NCBI GenBank assembly: GCA_030682255.1
Contig: JAUXOK010000026.1
Location: 96,567 to 160,566 of the forward strand
DNA length: 64,000 nucleotides
Source: Bacteroidota bacterium
GTDB lineage: Bacteria > Bacteroidota > Bacteroidia > NS11-12g > UBA955
Direction of reading: 5' to 3'
The notes beneath the pieces are model-generated. The model saw nothing but the letters and a program-made list of their open reading frames with translations, did not search any database and was not told the origin of the DNA. The number at the start of each line of letters is the position of its first letter. Position 1 is the stretch's first letter. The position numbers and the translations under genes were made by a program. Shown here piece by piece: positions 19,270 through 30,900 of this stretch.

Positions 19270-19362
19270 TCCCTAATTCTTATTAAACTAATAAACACCA
19301 TTAACTAAAACTATAAACGATTACACAATTAACCATTACACTATTAACCATTACACCATTCC
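19270..19362. repeat. right repeat flank of the four-helix-bundle element (CCATTAACC / CCATTACAC units, ending in CCATTCCCTACTT overlapping the sdhA stop codon)
   Basis: Reverse complement reads AAGTAGGGAATGGTGTAATGGTTAATAGTGTAATGGTTAATTGTGTAATCG..., the same motifs as the copies at 2311 and 10362. Confidence 0.6.
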
Positions 19363-21369
19363 CTACTTATAGCTTCTCGCTGCAATTTTAATATTCTCGT
19401 ATTTTAATTCTTCTTTGTGTAATTGCCATTGGGCATCTTGTGTCATTTCCCAAGCGGATACAAAACTAAAGTTCTCATCGTCTCTGAGGGCTTCGCCTTC
19501 TTCTGTTTGGTATTCTTCTCTGAAGTGGCCACCACAACTTTCATTTCTTTCTAAAGCATCTTTACACATCAATTCACCTAGTTCAAGGAAATCGGCCACT
19601 CTGCCAGCTTTCTCTAATTCATTGTTAAATTCATTAACTTCACCAGGCACACGAACGTTGGTCCAAAATTCGTTTCTCAATGCTTGAATTTCTGCAATGG
19701 CTTTTTTCAAACCAGCTTCGTTTCTTGCCATGCCACATTCATCCCACATGATTTTGCCCAATATTTTATGAAAATAATCTACAGATTTTGTGCCTTTGAT
19801 ATTAATTAATTTGTTCAATCTATCTGAAACTTCTTTTTCTGCTTGCACAAACGCTTCATGGTCGGTAGGAATCGCTTTGGTACGAATATCAGTGCTTAAG
19901 TATGCACCAATGGTGTAAGGAATCACAAAATAGCCATCCGCCAAACCTTGCATTAAGGCAGATGCACCCAATCTGTTGGCACCGTGGTCGCTGAAATTAG
20001 CTTCACCCAAGGCGTACAATCCTGGCACAGTGGTCATTAAGTTGTAATCTACCCATAAACCACCCATGGTGTAATGCACCGCAGGATATATTTGCATTGG
20101 TTCATTGTAAGGATTTACACCTGTAATTTGCTCGTACATATCAAACAAGTTGCCATATTTTTCTTTCACCACCGCTTTTCCAAGTTTGGTTAAAGTAGCT
20201 TTATCAGGATTGACAAGGTTTTGTTTAGTTGCTTCAATTTTTCCATATCTTTCGATAGCGGCAGCATAATCTAAATAGACGGCTTGACCAGTTTTATTTA
20301 CACCATAACCAGCATCACATCTTTCTTTAGCAGCTCTACTTGCTACGTCACGAGGCACTAAGTTTCCGAATGCAGGGTATCTTCTTTCTAAATAATAATC
20401 TCTGTTTTCTTCAGCAATATCGTTAGGTTTAAGTTTTCCTTCTCTAACAGCTTTTGCATCTTCAGCATTTTTAGGCACCCATATTCTGCCGTCATTTCTT
20501 AGAGACTCAGACATCAAAGTTAATTTTGATTGGTGGTCGCCAGAAACAGGAATACAAGTTGGGTGAATTTGTGTATAACAAGGATTACCAAAGAACGCCC
20601 CTTTTTTATGAGCTTTCCAAGCAGCTGTTACATTACTTCCCATGGCATTGGTTGACAAGAAAAACACGTTTCCATATCCTCCTGTGCATAATAAAACAGC
20701 ATGACCAAAATGTCTTTCTAATTCTCCTGTGATTAAATTACGGGCAATGATTCCTCTTGCTTTGCCATCAATGGTAACAACATCCATCATTTCATGACGG
20801 GCATATAAAGTTACATTTCCCATACCAACTTGTCTTTGTAAGGCACTGTATGCACCCAACAACAATTGTTGACCAGTTTGACCTGCTGCATAAAAAGTAC
20901 GTTGAACTTGAGTACCACCGAACGAACGGTTACTCAACAACCCACCGTATTCTCTTGCAAACGGAACCCCTTGAGCCACACATTGGTCGATAATACTAGA
21001 ACTAACTTCCGCCAAACGGTGAACATTGCCTTCTCTTGCTCTATAATCACCACCTTTGATAGTATCATAAAACAAACGGTAAGTGCTATCGCCATCGTTT
21101 TGATAATTTTTTGCAGCATTGATACCACCTTGAGCAGCAATTGAGTGCGCTCTTCTAGGAGAATCTTGAAAGCAAAAGGCTTTCACTTTATATCCCATTT
21201 CGGCCAAAGAAGCAGCCGCAGAAGCACCAGCCAAGCCAGTTCCAACTACGATAATTTCTAAACTTCTTTTATTAGCAGGGTTAACGAGAGGAACAGAAGA
21301 TTTGTATTTGGTCCATTTTTGATCTATTGGACCTTCAGGAATTTTTGAATCTAATTTATTTATTGACAT
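19363..21369 (-). CDS. sdhA: succinate dehydrogenase / fumarate reductase flavoprotein subunit
   Basis: FAD-binding [10 protein letters not shown] motif at the N-terminus; 668 aa, the long Bacteroidetes/frdA-like form. Confidence 0.95.
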   Translation of the reverse strand: MSINKLDSKIPEGPIDQKWTKYKSSVPLVNPANKRSLEIIVVGTGLAGASAAASLAEMGYKVKAFCFQDSPRRAHSIAAQGGINAAKNYQNDGDSTYRLFYDTIKGGDYRAREGNVHRLAEVSSSIIDQCVAQGVPFAREYGGLLSNRSFGGTQVQRTFYAAGQTGQQLLLGAYSALQRQVGMGNVTLYARHEMMDVVTIDGKARGIIARNLITGELERHFGHAVLLCTGGYGNVFFLSTNAMGSNVTAAWKAHKKGAFFGNPCYTQIHPTCIPVSGDHQSKLTLMSESLRNDGRIWVPKNAEDAKAVREGKLKPNDIAEENRDYYLERRYPAFGNLVPRDVASRAAKERCDAGYGVNKTGQAVYLDYAAAIERYGKIEATKQNLVNPDKATLTKLGKAVVKEKYGNLFDMYEQITGVNPYNEPMQIYPAVHYTMGGLWVDYNLMTTVPGLYALGEANFSDHGANRLGASALMQGLADGYFVIPYTIGAYLSTDIRTKAIPTDHEAFVQAEKEVSDRLNKLINIKGTKSVDYFHKILGKIMWDECGMARNEAGLKKAIAEIQALRNEFWTNVRVPGEVNEFNNELEKAGRVADFLELGELMCKDALERNESCGGHFREEYQTEEGEALRDDENFSFVSAWEMTQDAQWQLHKEELKYENIKIAARSYK

Positions 21370-21384
21370 TTTTTTAGATTGATT

Positions 21385-22161
21385 TTAATGGTTGAAAAAT
21401 AAAAAGAAAATTGGCATGGTAGCAAAAAGCAATGGAATAATGATTCCAAAAACACCGATACCAATGTTCTTAATCAATTGATTATATTTTTTATGGTTTA
21501 GCCCTAAAGTTTGAAAAGCACTTGAAAAACCATGAATTAAATGAAATGACAAAGCTAACATCGCAAGCACATAGATTAAAACTACCCACCATTGTTGAAA
21601 AGCATCTGCTACCACATGGTATAAATCTTTAACAATGGTTACTTCGATGCCATTTTCCGTGTATTGTTCCATTTTGTTCACAATAGAACCATCGAAAGAG
21701 AAATAACTCAAATCATTGTCATTTAAATTTTTTTGATACATGGTATAAGGCACTTCTCCAAATTTGTATCTGGCCCAAAAACCAGCCATGTGTAAAATTA
21801 AAAACACTAAAATAATGGTTCCTAATAAGCCCATATTTCTGCTAGCCCAAGTACTATTGGCTTTGCCATCAACTTGAGCATAAGCCACTGGACGTGCTTT
21901 TTTATTCTCAAAAACCAAATAAAGCCCCCAAATGGCATGAAAAACAAATGTTGCATATAAGCCATAAGAAGTGAATTTAATTAGAGGGTTAGTTGTCATA
22001 AAAACAGCATAAGTGTTAAAAGACAATCCTCCATCATTGTTGAACAATTGAAAATTTCCAATCAGATGCACGACTAGAAATGAGCACAAAAACAATCCTG
22101 TAAGAGCCATCAGGAGCTTTCGGCCTATACTTGATTTTAAAAAGCGGGTTAACCAATTCAT
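21385..22161 (-). CDS. sdhC: succinate dehydrogenase / fumarate reductase cytochrome b subunit (Bacteroidetes type, single membrane anchor)
   Basis: Multi-TM protein with conserved His residues, first gene of the sdh operon. Track ORF starts at TTG 22194; the ATG at 22161 (MNWLTRFLKSSIGRKL) is preferred. Confidence 0.85.
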   Translation of the reverse strand: MNWLTRFLKSSIGRKLLMALTGLFLCSFLVVHLIGNFQLFNNDGGLSFNTYAVFMTTNPLIKFTSYGLYATFVFHAIWGLYLVFENKKARPVAYAQVDGKANSTWASRNMGLLGTIILVFLILHMAGFWARYKFGEVPYTMYQKNLNDNDLSYFSFDGSIVNKMEQYTENGIEVTIVKDLYHVVADAFQQWWVVLIYVLAMLALSFHLIHGFSSAFQTLGLNHKKYNQLIKNIGIGVFGIIIPLLFATMPIFFLFFNH

Positions 22162-22319
22162 ATAATTATTTGAAGTTATTTTTTGATGGCGCAAATTTAT
22201 TCATTTATCTTTTATAAACATTCTAAATAAGCGTATTTTTATTTATTTATATATTAACAAAGGTATTTTTACTTGGTTTTGCAAACATCAACAAAAAACA
22301 ATTAATCACGTATAACTCT

Positions 22320-23501
22320 GTGAAAATTAGTTCAAAAATAAAAAATAATTGTTATATATTCGCAGTCCTTTTGACCAAAAAAACTAAAATTTGTCATCTC
22401 AGTTCCGTACACTATGCCATTGACACACGCATATTTTATAAAATGTGCCAAACTTTGTCGAAAGCATATGACGTAACATTAATTGCCAATCACTCCCAAA
22501 AAGAAATCATAGATGGGATACAAATTATACCATCAAAAGTGTTTTCAAATAGGAAGTACAGAGTGTTTTTTTCTTGGTATTGGATGTTTTTTAAAGCCAT
22601 TAAAGTGAATGCCAAACTCTATCATTTTCACGATCCTGAATTAATTCCCTGCGGTTTATTACTCAAAATTCTAGGCAAAAAAGTGATTTACGATATCCAC
22701 GAAAACATTGCAGAAGATATTTTTGATAAACCTTGGATTAAAAACCCAAAATTGGCTTACCGTATTTTCAATGCATTTGAAAAATTAGCAGTAAAACACT
22801 TTTTCATCATTTTAGCTGAAAACAGTTATCAAAACCGTTACATCCAATTAAATGCTAACTATCAAGTGGTATTAAATTATTGCGATGTTGATTTTTTCAA
22901 AAATTATACTAGTACTCCATCAAAAGAAACTATTAATTTATTCTACATCGGCATATTGCTGGAAAACAGAGGGATTTTACAAATCATTGAAGCAATGATT
23001 CTCTTAATTAATAAAGGGATAAAAATCAAATTTCACATTGTAGGAGAATTATATTCGGATTTAAGAAAAAAAATTTCAGGCTTAGAAGATTATCAGCACA
23101 TTAAAGAACATTTAGTTTTTTATGACAGAAGACCACTAGACCAAGGATATGAATTGGCGTCAAAAATGAATATTGGCATGTGTATTATTTGGCCCATGAA
23201 AAATTCAATGGAAAGCTATCCTACAAAATTATTTGAATATATGGCTGTTGGATTACCTATAATAACCTCCAATTTCCCCTTGTATAAAAAAGTAGTTGAA
23301 CAAAACGGATGTGGAATTTGTGTGAACCCAATGTCTGCAATTGAAATATCAGAAGCCATTGAAGAGCTAATCAATAATGTCTCAAAAAGTGAACAAATGG
23401 CAAAAAATGGTAAAAAAACAGTTTTAGAACAATATAATTGGGAAACTCAAAAACCCATACTGACAAAGGTTTACGCTCAATTATTAAAAAAAGAAAAATA
23501 A
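22320..23501 (+). CDS. glycosyltransferase family 4 (GT-B fold)
   Basis: KICHLSSVH...FHDPELIP and a C-terminal region typical of GT4. Start uncertain: GTG 22320 or TTG 22371. Confidence 0.7.
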   Translation: MKISSKIKNNCYIFAVLLTKKTKICHLSSVHYAIDTRIFYKMCQTLSKAYDVTLIANHSQKEIIDGIQIIPSKVFSNRKYRVFFSWYWMFFKAIKVNAKLYHFHDPELIPCGLLLKILGKKVIYDIHENIAEDIFDKPWIKNPKLAYRIFNAFEKLAVKHFFIILAENSYQNRYIQLNANYQVVLNYCDVDFFKNYTSTPSKETINLFYIGILLENRGILQIIEAMILLINKGIKIKFHIVGELYSDLRKKISGLEDYQHIKEHLVFYDRRPLDQGYELASKMNIGMCIIWPMKNSMESYPTKLFEYMAVGLPIITSNFPLYKKVVEQNGCGICVNPMSAIEISEAIEELINNVSKSEQMAKNGKKTVLEQYNWETQKPILTKVYAQLLKKEK

Positions 23502-23515
23502 TTTTTTAAAGAGGG

Positions 23516-23547
23516 TTTGGTATTCTCGATATGATTATCTAATTTTG
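23516..23547 (+). promoter_or_regulatory. candidate Bacteroidetes-type promoter for the rplM cluster (TTTG - 20 nt - TAATTTTG)
   Basis: -7 box TAATTTTG at 23540-23547 lies 30 nt upstream of the rplM GTG; -33 TTTG at 23516-23519. Confidence 0.35.
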
Positions 23548-23576
23548 CGCTCCCAAAAATTTATCAACATACAGAC

Positions 23577-24023
23577 GTGGATTCAATCAGTTATAAAACC
23601 GTTTACGCAAACAAACAGAACATTAAAAAAGAATGGTATGTAGTGGATGCGAGTGAAAAAACCTTAGGTCGTTTAGCTTCTCAAATAGCATCGGCTTTAA
23701 TTGGCAAAAACAAAACAGATTACACCCCTCATGCGGACAATGGCGATTGCGTTATTGTTTTGAATGCTGGTAAAGTAAAATTATCTGGCACAAAATTGCA
23801 AGATAAAGAATACATAACATACTCTGGTTTTCCAGGTGGACAAAAAAGAATCAACGCATCTGATTTGGTAAACAAAAAACCAATTGCCTTGATAGAAGAA
23901 GCTGTTAAAGGTATGTTACCAAAAAACAGATTAGGCAAAGAAATGTTCCGTCACTTATTTGTGTACGATTCAAATCAACACCCACACGAGGCACAACAAC
24001 CAAAAGAATTAAAAACAAAATAA
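23577..24023 (+). CDS. rplM: 50S ribosomal protein L13
   Basis: MDSISYKTVYANK...EWYVVDA; GTG start at 23577. Confidence 0.95.
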   Translation: MDSISYKTVYANKQNIKKEWYVVDASEKTLGRLASQIASALIGKNKTDYTPHADNGDCVIVLNAGKVKLSGTKLQDKEYITYSGFPGGQKRINASDLVNKKPIALIEEAVKGMLPKNRLGKEMFRHLFVYDSNQHPHEAQQPKELKTK

Positions 24024-24041
24024 ACCTACATTAACATTTAA

Positions 24042-24428
24042 ATGGAAGTTACAAATACATCAGGAAGAAGAAAAACAGCAGTTGCTAGAATCTATGTAAA
24101 AGAAGGCAACGGAGAAATTCTTATCAACAACAAATCGTATGACAATTATTTTACAACAATCGTTAACCAAGCAAAGGTTTTACACCCATTGCAAGTAACG
24201 GATTCAGTTGGGAAATATGCCATTAAAGTCAATGTAGACGGTGGTGGTGTTACTGGTCAGGCAGAAGCCATCAGATTAGCCATCTCAAAATCTTTGTGTG
24301 AAATTGACCCAGAACATAGATTAGCATTAAAACCACTAGGATTTCTAACTAGAGATAACAGAATGGTTGAGAGAAAAAAACCAGGTCAAAAGAAAGCAAG
24401 AAAAAGATTTCAATTCAGCAAACGTTAA
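24042..24428 (+). CDS. rpsI: 30S ribosomal protein S9
   Basis: GRRKTAVARIYVKEGNGEI...KKPGQKKARKRFQFSKR. Confidence 0.95.
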   Translation: MEVTNTSGRRKTAVARIYVKEGNGEILINNKSYDNYFTTIVNQAKVLHPLQVTDSVGKYAIKVNVDGGGVTGQAEAIRLAISKSLCEIDPEHRLALKPLGFLTRDNRMVERKKPGQKKARKRFQFSKR

Positions 24429-24440
24429 TATTTATTATAA

Positions 24441-25190
24441 ATGTCTTCAGTATCAAAAGAACAATTATTGGAAGCAGGGTGTCATTTCGGTCACCTTACT
24501 CGTAAATGGAATCCCAGAATGGCTCCATACATTTTCATGGAACAAGATGGAATTCACATCATAGACTTAAACAAAACATCACAAAAGTTAAATGAAGCTC
24601 AATCAGCTATCAGAAACTTAGTTAAATCTGGTAAAAGGATTTTGTTTGTTGCTACAAAAAAACAAGCTAAAGACTTAATTCAAGAAGCGGCTAAACAAGC
24701 TGGTATGCCTTATGTAACTGAAAGATGGTTAGGTGGTATGTTAACCAACTTCGCTACAGTAAGAAAGTCAATCAAAAAAATGCAAACCATTGATAAAATG
24801 GCAATTGATGGCACTTATGCCAACATCAATAAAAAAGAAAAATTGATGTTAGAGCGTGAAAAAGCTAAATTGTCTAATGTTCTTGGTGGTGTAACTGATA
24901 TGGCCAAAATTCCAGCTGCTATCTTCATCGTTGATGTTAAAAAAGAACACTTAGCAGTTGCGGAAGCAATCAAATTAAATATCCCAACTTTTGCTATGGT
25001 AGATACCAATAGCGATCCTACCAATATTGATTTCCCAATTCCAGCTAACGATGACTCAGCAAAATCAATTAAATTAATTGTTGATGCTATCTTAGGTGCT
25101 ATTGAAGAAGGTCAATTAGATAGAAAAAAAGAAAAAGACTCTGCTGATATTGAAAAATCAAAAGCAGAAAAAGAATCTGCTGAAGCTTAA
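24441..25190 (+). CDS. rpsB: 30S ribosomal protein S2
   Basis: LLEAGCHFGHLTRKWNPRMAPYIF...; acidic C-terminal tail. Confidence 0.95.
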   Translation: MSSVSKEQLLEAGCHFGHLTRKWNPRMAPYIFMEQDGIHIIDLNKTSQKLNEAQSAIRNLVKSGKRILFVATKKQAKDLIQEAAKQAGMPYVTERWLGGMLTNFATVRKSIKKMQTIDKMAIDGTYANINKKEKLMLEREKAKLSNVLGGVTDMAKIPAAIFIVDVKKEHLAVAEAIKLNIPTFAMVDTNSDPTNIDFPIPANDDSAKSIKLIVDAILGAIEEGQLDRKKEKDSADIEKSKAEKESAEA

Positions 25191-25250
25191 TCTTAGTTTT
25201 TCTATTCTAAATTATTTTATTCTAAATTTTAATTAATATACTATTTATAT

Positions 25251-26087
25251 ATGTCAACTATTAGTGCAGCAGATGTAAACAAACTTCGTCAAATGACCGG
25301 TGCAGGGATGATGGATTGTAAAAAAGCACTTTCTGAAAGCAATGGCGATTTTGATGCAGCTGTTGATTTTTTAAGAAAAAAAGGTCAAAAAATATCATTA
25401 AACAGAGCAGACAGAGCAGCTAAAGAAGGCGCAGTAATTGCTTTAACGTCTGATGATAAAAAAACAGGTGTTATCATCGAATTGAATTGCGAAACAGACT
25501 TTGTTGCTAAAAATGAAGATTTTGTTGCCTTTGCAAATTCAATTGCCAAACAAGCTTTAATCAACAAACCATCTGATATTTCTGGTTTAATTGCTTCTAC
25601 ATTAAATGGTTTAACTATCGAACAAGCATTGCTTGACATGATGGGAAAAACAGGCGAGAAAATGGAAGTTTCTAAATATGAGTTAGTAAATGGCGAAAAC
25701 ATAGTTCCTTACATACACGCTGGCAACAGAATGGGTGTTTTAGTTGAACTTAACAACGCTCCATCTGAAGCTAATATCGCTGCTGGAAAAGACACTGCTA
25801 TGCAAATTGCAGCTATGAATCCAATCGCATTGAATGAAGCTGAGGTTCCACAAGAAGTTATTGCAAGAGAAGTTGAAGTAGGTAAAGAACAAGCTATTGC
25901 AGAAGGCAAACCAGCTGAAATGGCTGAAAAAATTGCTCAAGGCAGATTAAATAAATTCTTTAAAGAATACACTTTAGTAAATCAAGAATTTGTTAAAGAT
26001 AGTTCTAAAACCATTGCAAAAATGCTTGCTGATACTGAGGCTGGCTTAGTAGTAAAAAGTTTCAAAAGAGTTGCATTAGGCGCATAA
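25251..26087 (+). CDS. tsf: translation elongation factor Ts
   Basis: ISAADVNKLRQMTGAGMMDCKKAL.... Confidence 0.95.
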   Translation: MSTISAADVNKLRQMTGAGMMDCKKALSESNGDFDAAVDFLRKKGQKISLNRADRAAKEGAVIALTSDDKKTGVIIELNCETDFVAKNEDFVAFANSIAKQALINKPSDISGLIASTLNGLTIEQALLDMMGKTGEKMEVSKYELVNGENIVPYIHAGNRMGVLVELNNAPSEANIAAGKDTAMQIAAMNPIALNEAEVPQEVIAREVEVGKEQAIAEGKPAEMAEKIAQGRLNKFFKEYTLVNQEFVKDSSKTIAKMLADTEAGLVVKSFKRVALGA

Positions 26088-26110
26088 TCAATAAACAATA
26101 TTTAAGAGAA

Positions 26111-26136
26111 GCCCCGAAATTTTCGGGGCTTTTTTA
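26111..26136 (+). terminator. rho-independent terminator after tsf
   Basis: GCCCCGAAAttTTCGGGGC followed by TTTTTT. Confidence 0.8.
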
Positions 26137-26170
26137 ATTTATATCTATTAATACCTATCAAACAAACAAT

Positions 26171-26204
26171 AAAAAAGCCCCGAAAATTCGGGGCTAATTT
26201 TTTA
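26171..26204 (-). terminator. rho-independent terminator for the minus-strand MBL-rhodanese gene
   Basis: aaaaaaGCCCCGAAaaTTCGGGGCtaatttttt; read on the minus strand the T-run follows the hairpin. Confidence 0.75.
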
Positions 26205-26222
26205 TGGTTTGTTTATGTATTT

Positions 26223-27635
26223 TTATAAAAGTGTACTTGGGCAAACATACTCTGTAACAGGTAAGCTTGTTGATTTAATGCCCGAAAATCCTTCTTTAAC
26301 ATCTACAAAGTTTTCCCATCCTCTTTGTTTTAAAATGGCTGAAGCTATCATGCTGCGATATCCGCCAGCACAATGCAATGCAAACTTTTTATCTTTTGGA
26401 AATTCAGATAAATGATTGTTGATTTCGTTCAAAGGAATGTTAATCGCCCCTTGCACATGCTCAGAATCGTATTCGCTCTTTTTTCTTACATCAATGATGC
26501 AACAAAACTCTTCAACTTTTTGCTCAAGTTCTGCAGCACTTATTCTCTCAACGCTATCTATTTCTTTACCTGCTTGTTTCCAAGTCTCAAAACCACCTTT
26601 TAAATAACCTATCGTGTGGTCGTAACCAACTCTAGACAGTCTGATAATAGCTTCTTCTTCTTTGCCCAAATCTGTAACCAAAAGAATTTCTTGCTTGATG
26701 TCTTTAATCATCTCCCCTACCCACATGGCAAAACTACCTTCTAAACCAATGTTGATGCTATTTGGGATAAAACCTTTTGCAAAATCATTAGCATCTCTTG
26801 TATCTAAAACCAAAGCACCAGTTTCGTTGGCCACCAATTCAAATGTATTAGCATCCATTGGCTTATCGCCTCTTTCCATGACCGTATCCAAACTTTCGTA
26901 TCCTTGAATATTCATCAAAACATTTTTTGGGAAATAGCCCGGAGGTGCTGTTAAACCAGTCAATAATTCTTTGATAAACTCCTCTTTACTCATATCAGGT
27001 CTTAAGGCGTAGTTTGTTTTTTTCTGATTGCCAAGCGTGTCTGTGGTTTCTTTGCTCATTTTTTTACCACACGCACTTCCTGCTCCATGGTTCGGATACA
27101 CAATTAAATCATCACTCAATGGCATGATTTTGTTGCGCAACGACTCAAACAAATGAGCAGCTAGCTTTTCTTCAGTCAAATCTGCAATAACGTGTTGCGC
27201 CAAATCTGGTCGACCCACATCACCAATAAACAAAGTATCTCCCGTAATAATGCCATGTTCTTTGCCTTCCTCGTCTATAATTAAATAGCAAGTGCTTTCC
27301 ATGGTATGCCCAGGCGTGTGTATGGTTTTCACTTGGCAGTTGCCAACCTTAAAGATTTGATTATCCTCAGCCACAATGGCATCAAAACCTGGTTTAGCAG
27401 TTGGACCATAAACGATAGAAGCCCCTGTTTTCTTTGCCAAATCCAAATGACCGCTTACAAAATCAGCATGAAAATGGGTTTCAAAAACATACTTAATTTG
27501 AGCCTTATTTTTAAGTGCTTGATCGATGTAAGGTTGAACTTCTCTTAGAGGGTCAAAAATAGCCACTTCACCATTACTTTCTAAGTAGTATGCAGCATGT
27601 GCGATACATCCGGTATAAATTTGTTCTAATTTCAT
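26223..27635 (-). CDS. MBL-fold metallo-hydrolase fused to two rhodanese domains (persulfide dioxygenase-rhodanese-like)
   Basis: N-terminal metallo-beta-lactamase motif ETHFHADFVSGH followed by two rhodanese-like modules; the second has the catalytic loop CAGGYRS. The ATG at 27635 (MKLEQIYTG) is preferred over the track start at 27686. Confidence 0.8.
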   Translation of the reverse strand: MKLEQIYTGCIAHAAYYLESNGEVAIFDPLREVQPYIDQALKNKAQIKYVFETHFHADFVSGHLDLAKKTGASIVYGPTAKPGFDAIVAEDNQIFKVGNCQVKTIHTPGHTMESTCYLIIDEEGKEHGIITGDTLFIGDVGRPDLAQHVIADLTEEKLAAHLFESLRNKIMPLSDDLIVYPNHGAGSACGKKMSKETTDTLGNQKKTNYALRPDMSKEEFIKELLTGLTAPPGYFPKNVLMNIQGYESLDTVMERGDKPMDANTFELVANETGALVLDTRDANDFAKGFIPNSINIGLEGSFAMWVGEMIKDIKQEILLVTDLGKEEEAIIRLSRVGYDHTIGYLKGGFETWKQAGKEIDSVERISAAELEQKVEEFCCIIDVRKKSEYDSEHVQGAINIPLNEINNHLSEFPKDKKFALHCAGGYRSMIASAILKQRGWENFVDVKEGFSGIKSTSLPVTEYVCPSTLL

Positions 27636-27983
27636 AAGATTATAATATTTAAATTTCAATGCAAAATTAGAACTTAAGTTGAGCACAGAATGTGATATTT
27701 GTCACACAAAGTCAAAAACTGATGAAGGTCATGTAAAAGCTAGATTAGGAAAAGGAACTCATCAAATTGGTAAATATGGCCTTTCCCATAGGGCTTAACA
27801 CATCTTGAATATATTTTAATCAAAGTTAATATGGTTATCATTATTTATTCAATCCTTGATATTTTGCAAACTTTTTTAAAAAAACATAAAACAAATTCAA
27901 AAAATTAATTCCCTATTTGCGAATTCTTAAGTAAGTATCTATAAATATTTTCAGTTTTTAAAAAAATGCTTTAATATTGTCTT

Positions 27984-30900
27984 ATGAAAATAATTCTACT
28001 ATATAGCACTTTAATTATTTGTTTGTTTACAAATGCACAAAGCACTCATGTGAATGGCCCTATTGGAAGTGGAGAATTCGGAAGATCCATTACAATTTTA
28101 AGCAACGGTAATTACGTTGTTACTGATCCACTTTTTGACGATGGAACTAAAGCTGATGTAGGAGCTGCTTATCTATATAATGGGTCAACACATGCGTTGA
28201 TAAGTACACTAAAAGGTAGCACAGCAAATGATCAAGTTGGTAGTCATGGTATAATTGTCCTTTCAAATGGCAATTATTTGATTCATAGTTTCAATTGGAA
28301 CAATGGGACTGCATTTTATGCAGGTGCCGTCACTTGGGGCAGTGCAACCACGGGCGTGAGCGGTGTGGTTGGCCCTAGCAACTCTTTGGTGGGTAGCAAG
28401 GCTAATGACAGAATTGGGAATAGCGGCATTTTAGTTCTCTCTAATGGCAATTATTTGGTTTTAAGTACTGTTTGGGATAATGGGGCTGCTATAGATGCAG
28501 GAGCTGTTACTTGGGGCAGTGATGTTTTGGGCGTAACCGGAGTAGTTAGTGAGAGTAATTCCTTGGTGGGTAGCACGTCAAGTGATCAAGTGGGAAGTGG
28601 AGGAGCAACTTTACTATCCAATGGCAATTATATAGTGAATAGTCCAACTTGGGACAATGGTTCTATATCGAATGCTGGTGCCGTTACGTGGGGAAGTGGT
28701 AACTCAGGCATCAGTGGCGCAGTTAGTGCTAGCAATTCTTTGGTGGGCAGCACAGCAGATAACATTGTTGGAAACGGTGGAATAACGATCCTTACTAACA
28801 GTAATTATGTAGTTCGCAGCTCAAGATGGGATAATGGAACTGCAAATGACGTAGGAGCCGTCACTTGGGGCAACGGCACTTCAGGTATCATCGGTGCGGT
28901 TAGTGCAAGTAATTCTCTGGTTGGTAGTACCGTTAATGACCAAGTGGGAAGTGGTTTTATAATCGCTCTTTCCAACGGCAATTATGTAGTAAATAGCCCC
29001 TTTTGGGACAATGGGGCAATAAGCAATGTCGGAGCCGTCACTTGGGGCAATGGAACTACCGGCATTAGTGGTTTAGTTAGTGCTAGCAACTCTCTAGTGG
29101 GAAGTTTGGCAAATGATCAAGTTGGAATTGTGATTTCAACGGCACTCTCCAATGGTAATTATGTGGTTCGCAGCTACAACTGGGATAATGGGGCCGCAAG
29201 CAATGCAGGAGCAGTTACATGGGGCAATGGCACTTCGGGTATTACAGGTGCTGTTAGTGCAAGTAATTCATTAGTGGGAAGCACGGCTAACGATCAAGTG
29301 GGCATAAATGGTATAACTGCCCTTTCAAATGGCAATTATGTAGTTATTAGCCGACAATGGGACAACGGTGCTGCAACAGACGCAGGCGCTGTCACATGGG
29401 GCAATGGCACTTCAGGCATAAGCGGTGTAATTAGCTCAAGCAATTCTTTGGTGGGTAGCTCGGCTAGTGACCAAGTTGGCATTAATGGTGTAGCGGTTCT
29501 CTCCAATAGTAATTATGTAGTTATCAGCCCCAATTGGAACAATGGAGCTGCAACGAACGCAGGTGCCGTCACGTGGGGCAATGGCACTTCAGGTATCAGC
29601 GGTGTGGTTAGTACTAGCAATTCACTAGTAGGTAGCACAACAAATAACCTAGTTGGCAGTAATGGGATAACCGCTCTATCTAATGGCAATTATTTAGTTA
29701 TGAGCCCTTCTTGGGACTATGGAACTTCAACTGACTTAGGAGCTGTTACATGGAGTAATGGCACCACGGGTATCAGCGGTGTAGTTAGTGCCAGCAATTC
29801 TTTGGTGGGTAGCTCTGCTCTTGATCAAGTGGGTGTTAATGGTATTTCATTGCTTTCCAATGGCAATTATGTGGTTCGCAGTAACAATTGGGACAATGGG
29901 GCTGTAACAAATGCAGGAGCCGTCACTTGGGGTAATAGCAATTCGGGAATTAGCGGTGCTGTTAGCGCTAGCAATTCTTTGGTGGGCAGTAAGGTTGGTG
30001 ACCAAGTTGGCAGTTCAGGTATAACAGTCCTCTCCAATGGCAACTATGTGGTAAATAGCTCAAATTGGGACAATGGGACCGCAATTCAGGCAGGAGCTGT
30101 GACATGGGGAAATGGCAACACAGGCATCAGCGGTGTGGTTAGTGTCAGCAACTCATTGGTAGGGGGAACCGCTAATAACTTCGTAGGAAATGGCAGTGTA
30201 ATTGCCCTTGCAAATGGCAATTACGTAGTTCGAAGTTTCAATTGGGACAATGGGGCTGTATCAGACGTAGGTGCTATCACTTGGGGCAGTGGTACTAAGG
30301 GTATTAGTGGGGTAGTTAGTGAGAGCAATTCTCTTATTGGAAGCACCGCTAACAATTTAGTGGGAAGCGCTAGCTTTAACATCTTCCCTAATGGTTATTT
30401 TGTGGTTCGCAATCCCAACTGGGACAATGGTACTGCAACGGACGCAGGAGCATTCAGTTTGGGCAATGAAAGCAAAGCATTGACAGGAGTCGTAAATTCC
30501 TGCAACAGTGTATTAGGAAATGCAGCTAATGGCGGCAGCAAAATGATTTCTGCTTTCAATACTGTTCATTCTTATCTTTTGGTAGGCAGACCTGGCGATA
30601 ATATCTTAACCATTTTCAATCCTATTGGTCAGCCTCTTGCTGTGCATTTGGATAGCACTTCAGCAAATATTGAAGGAAACACTGCTGTGCCCCTAGTAAA
30701 CAATGCTTGTCGTATTATTGCTTCCATACAAGCCAATGGGGTCAATCCTGTAATGGATTTGGTGCCGGCAAAAGTTTGGATAGAAACTAATCAAACAGAT
30801 AGTTTTGTTAAACGTCATTTTGAAATCACGCCTATAGTAAACAATAATAATGCAACAGCAAAAGTGATCTTATATTTCACCCAATCAGAATTTGATGATT

